Shown here piece after piece: positions 61,639 to 64,000 of a DNA stretch of 64,000 nt. Under the pieces are notes generated by a model. The model saw only the letters and a program-made list of their open reading frames with translations, did not search any database and had not been told where the DNA came from. Both the position numbers and the translations under genes were made by a program. Position 1 is the stretch's first letter; every line of letters begins with the position of its first letter. Origin of the DNA: Burkholderiaceae bacterium (GTDB lineage: Bacteria; Pseudomonadota; Gammaproteobacteria; Burkholderiales; Burkholderiaceae_C); contig DATILI010000168.1 of NCBI GenBank assembly GCA_035476635.1, positions 12,760-76,759 of the forward strand, written 5' to 3'.

Positions 61639-62712
61639 CTAGAAGCGGTGGTTGATCCCGAGCTCCACGCCCGAAGATGAATCGCCTGGGCGGGTCGTGC
61701 TGCCTGCGAGGGCCTGCGAAGCAGTGCCGCCGTTGTTGATCTGGGCCGCCGTTGCGTAGAGCGTCGTGCGCTTGGAAAGCGCGTAGTTGCTGCCGAGGAC
61801 AAGCTTGCGGCTACGCGGGTTGCCGGGTCCGGTTAGCTGGTACTGCGACAGCACTGCGCGGAATTCCCATGCGTTGAGCGGGACCACCGCACCCACCGTC
61901 CAGCCACGCGCGTCCGGAGCCGGGCCACGCACTGTATCCCACTGGTAGCCGGCCGACAGTTTCACCACGGGCAGCTTCAAGATGCCGAGGACACTGCGGT
62001 TGACCGTGTCGCCGGTGACGAATCGTGCGCGTTGGTAGCCGGCAGACAGGGTCACATCGGGGGTTTCATAGCCGAATCTGAAGCTGCTTCCGCTGCCGTC
62101 ACTTCGGTTGGTTGCGTTGCTTGCGTTTTCCCCGAGAAAGTACGCCGCCTCACCGAACAGCCCGCCAACCCGCGGCGAGATGTAGTAGACGAGGTTCGAA
62201 GCCCTGACATAGGCCGGTCCCAGCACACTGGTTCCCTGCAGTGTTTGGCTGGCCCCGAGGCCGGTATGGAAGTACGGATCGGCGACCCCGATATTGAGGT
62301 AGGCCGGCGTGTTCGCGCGCCCCAAACGAACCTCTCCCCATGGGCCCGCCAGGCTGACCGTCGCGCGCCGGTTGAACACCAACCCCTGGCCCCCGTTGAG
62401 CGCGGTCGTCGCCGCGCCACTCGACTGGTTGTTCGTGTTGCTCGCTGCGCCGATGCCGCTGTCCGGCTGGAGGCTTGCCTCAAGCCAGAACGTGGCGCGC
62501 GCGCCGCTGCCGAGATCCTCCTCCCCGCGGAAACCGATGCGGCTGGCAAAAAGGCCGCCGCCGGTGGGATTGAGCATGACTTTATGTGACAGGCTGCCGG
62601 TCGTGTACGAAACGCTCGAGTCCACCACTCCGAAGAGCGTGACCGAGCTCTGGCAATAGGCACCCTGGCTCGCGATGGATGCGAGCACAAGGAAGGCGAA
62701 CTTCTTTTGCAT
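61639..62712 (-). CDS. Outer-membrane porin (OmpC/Omp32-like), paralog of 23526..24581
   Basis: MQKKFAFLVLASIASQGAYCQSSVTLFGVVDSSVSY, SRIGFRGEEDLGSG, and C-terminal GVELGINHRF. Confidence 0.9.
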   Translation of the reverse strand: MQKKFAFLVLASIASQGAYCQSSVTLFGVVDSSVSYTTGSLSHKVMLNPTGGGLFASRIGFRGEEDLGSGARATFWLEASLQPDSGIGAASNTNNQSSGAATTALNGGQGLVFNRRATVSLAGPWGEVRLGRANTPAYLNIGVADPYFHTGLGASQTLQGTSVLGPAYVRASNLVYYISPRVGGLFGEAAYFLGENASNATNRSDGSGSSFRFGYETPDVTLSAGYQRARFVTGDTVNRSVLGILKLPVVKLSAGYQWDTVRGPAPDARGWTVGAVVPLNAWEFRAVLSQYQLTGPGNPRSRKLVLGSNYALSKRTTLYATAAQINNGGTASQALAGSTTRPGDSSSGVELGINHRF

Positions 62713-62760
62713 GTTTGTCTCCGTCTCTGTGTGATTTCGTTGATTGAAGCAGCGCGGAAC

Positions 62761-63942
62761 CTAGATGCGTTCCTTTATCCAGCGCACGGCAAGGTCACCC
62801 GCGCGCACTTTCGGGCTAGCCAGGCCCTCAGGCATTCCCGGCGCGGCAGACAGGTAGTGCAGGCCCCACTCCACCACCGCGGCCTGCTTGTCCCTTGCAC
62901 CTGATACCCGCACGACGTCCTCCAGGTCCTGCGGCGTGCAGGAGTGATCGGCGTCCGGGTAAATGAACAGGCTGGGAATCGTGACATTCCGGATCGTCTG
63001 CGCGAGCGCTGCATTCGACGACAGTCCACTCCAAGTGCTGAGCCAAGCACGCGGCGTAATGACGCGTGCGTGGCCGCCGAAGCCGAGGTTGACGCGGATC
63101 GGGTGCTCGCCGTTGTGATGGCCGAGGGGGCGCCGGTTTGGATCGATCCCGGGGTCGAGCAGCTTGGGATCCGCGCAAGTGCGATGGACCGTCATCACGC
63201 GCGCGAACATCGCGCGACGCGCGGTTGCCGTGTCCAGCAAGTCCGCGCGCGCAAATTGACGCGCCTCCCTGTAGTCATCCAGCAGGCCGCGCGCGATCGC
63301 ATCGAGCCTCTTGCAACGCGCGACCTGCGCACTCCGGTATGTGGCCACCCAGTCGGCGTCGTACTGGCTCGGCTCCGGCAGGGCCCTGTATCCGTTGGCC
63401 GCGCTGAACATGTCGAGCGACTTGTCCGTGGCAATCGGGTTCCCCTCATCGACAACAGCTGGGTCGAGAAGCCGCAGGAGGATGGCACCCTCGCCGATAT
63501 GCAATGCAAGTGCGATGTAGAGGTCGAACTCGGGCATCTCCTCTGTGTCAAAGCCTGTCGGCTCGCCTGCAGGGGAGGTCTTCAGCCGCGCGCCGCGCGC
63601 TTGCGAAGCCTGAGACTGGTAGTAGGCCGCGAGCGACGAACCGCCGCTGTTGCCGATGGCGATGATTCGCTCGAAGCCCTGCGCGCGCAGCCACCGCATG
63701 CCGGCTGCGAGATCAAGCAACACCTCCTCATGGGTCATGTCCGAATCGTTGTTGACATGCCGGCTCATCTGCCCCCAGACCGCGATTCCTGACTGCAGCA
63801 ATGCTGGTGCAAGATACGGCCGGGTCTGGTTGGTGCGGGGATGCATGTACACAGCACAGGTACGAGTCCCGCCCGCCGGGCGGTGCAGCACGCCGACAGT
63901 TGCTGCGCCGTCGCTCGTGTGCAAGCCGATGACCTGCTGCAC
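62761..63942 (-). CDS. Alpha/beta-fold hydrolase (5' end uncertain; frame stays open to the window edge)
   Basis: IIAIGNSGGSSLAAYY is a GxSxG elbow, preceded by ..DGAATVGVLHRPAGG... The first in-frame start in the window is GTG 63942, but no stop lies upstream before position 64000. Confidence 0.75.
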   Translation of the reverse strand: MQQVIGLHTSDGAATVGVLHRPAGGTRTCAVYMHPRTNQTRPYLAPALLQSGIAVWGQMSRHVNNDSDMTHEEVLLDLAAGMRWLRAQGFERIIAIGNSGGSSLAAYYQSQASQARGARLKTSPAGEPTGFDTEEMPEFDLYIALALHIGEGAILLRLLDPAVVDEGNPIATDKSLDMFSAANGYRALPEPSQYDADWVATYRSAQVARCKRLDAIARGLLDDYREARQFARADLLDTATARRAMFARVMTVHRTCADPKLLDPGIDPNRRPLGHHNGEHPIRVNLGFGGHARVITPRAWLSTWSGLSSNAALAQTIRNVTIPSLFIYPDADHSCTPQDLEDVVRVSGARDKQAAVVEWGLHYLSAAPGMPEGLASPKVRAGDLAVRWIKERI

Positions 63943-64000
63943 CGTGCCCGGCGGAAGGTCGTCTAGCGAGCTGTAGGAGTTGTTGAAATTGGGAGTCCGG

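Noticed and set aside
1-64000. Searched by eye for CRISPR arrays, tRNA/rRNA genes, tandem repeats, prophage genes, toxin-antitoxin pairs or defence-system genes (nucleases, helicases, reverse transcriptase, methyltransferases).
   Set aside because: Nothing found. There are no regularly spaced direct repeats, no cloverleaf-like conserved tRNA sequences and no ORFs with such signatures. All well-supported ORFs are metabolic, transport or regulatory.

Overview
High-GC (visibly above 60% over most of its length) bacterial DNA. The gene content points to a Burkholderiales-type betaproteobacterium: seven Bug/TctC-family periplasmic binding proteins, two Omp32/OmpC-like porins, and many LysR, IclR, GntR and AraC regulators. 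That taxonomic call is inference only.

I see no rRNA, tRNA, CRISPR array, prophage or recognisable defence or toxin-antitoxin genes. The window reads as an accessory catabolic region of about 55 intact genes, organised in regulator-associated and often translationally coupled modules:

- (a) LysR plus a flavin monooxygenase and a hydrolase.
- (b) LysR plus a lipoprotein carboxylesterase, P450, PhyH dioxygenase, second P450 and two crotonases.
- (c) A nine-gene minus-strand operon: IclR, Bug, amidohydrolase, flavin reductase, HpcH aldolase, cupin, PanE-like reductase and a two-subunit Fe-S hydro-lyase.
- (d) A secreted-protein cluster: Tat-exported MBL-fold protein with a degenerate metal motif, SnoaL-like protein, GlcG/HbpS-like protein and a small beta-rich protein.
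- (e) A GntR-linked SDR, ACAD10/11-type acyl-CoA dehydrogenase and APH-type kinase trio resembling the levulinate/4-hydroxyacid (lva) logic.
- (f) A benzoylformate decarboxylase (mdlC) operon with an aldehyde dehydrogenase, both an FAD-linked and an FMN-dependent 2-hydroxyacid dehydrogenase, and two Bug proteins.
- (g) A 7Fe ferredoxin plus an FprA-like reductase whose 3' end is replaced by a 5'-truncated IclR gene.
- (h) An eight-gene beta-oxidation-like operon: SCPx-type thiolase, split MaoC hydratase, SDR, ACAD, CoA ligase and CoA-transferase A/B.
- (i) A hydrolase, porin, Bug, Bug, IclR operon.

Between the modules lie at least ten gene remnants and one ISL3-like transposase stub. These include a deleted, frameshifted copy of an intact FAD oxidoreductase found 22 kb away, and a conserved roughly 46-nt intergenic motif present twice.

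I did not find an obviously new self-contained system such as a defence or secretion system. The items most worth follow-up are the unusual operon compositions, the pseudo-enzyme MBL cluster, the chimeric FprA/IclR junction and the repeated non-coding motifs.

All family assignments come from reading the translated ORFs and recalling family hallmarks. No database search was run.
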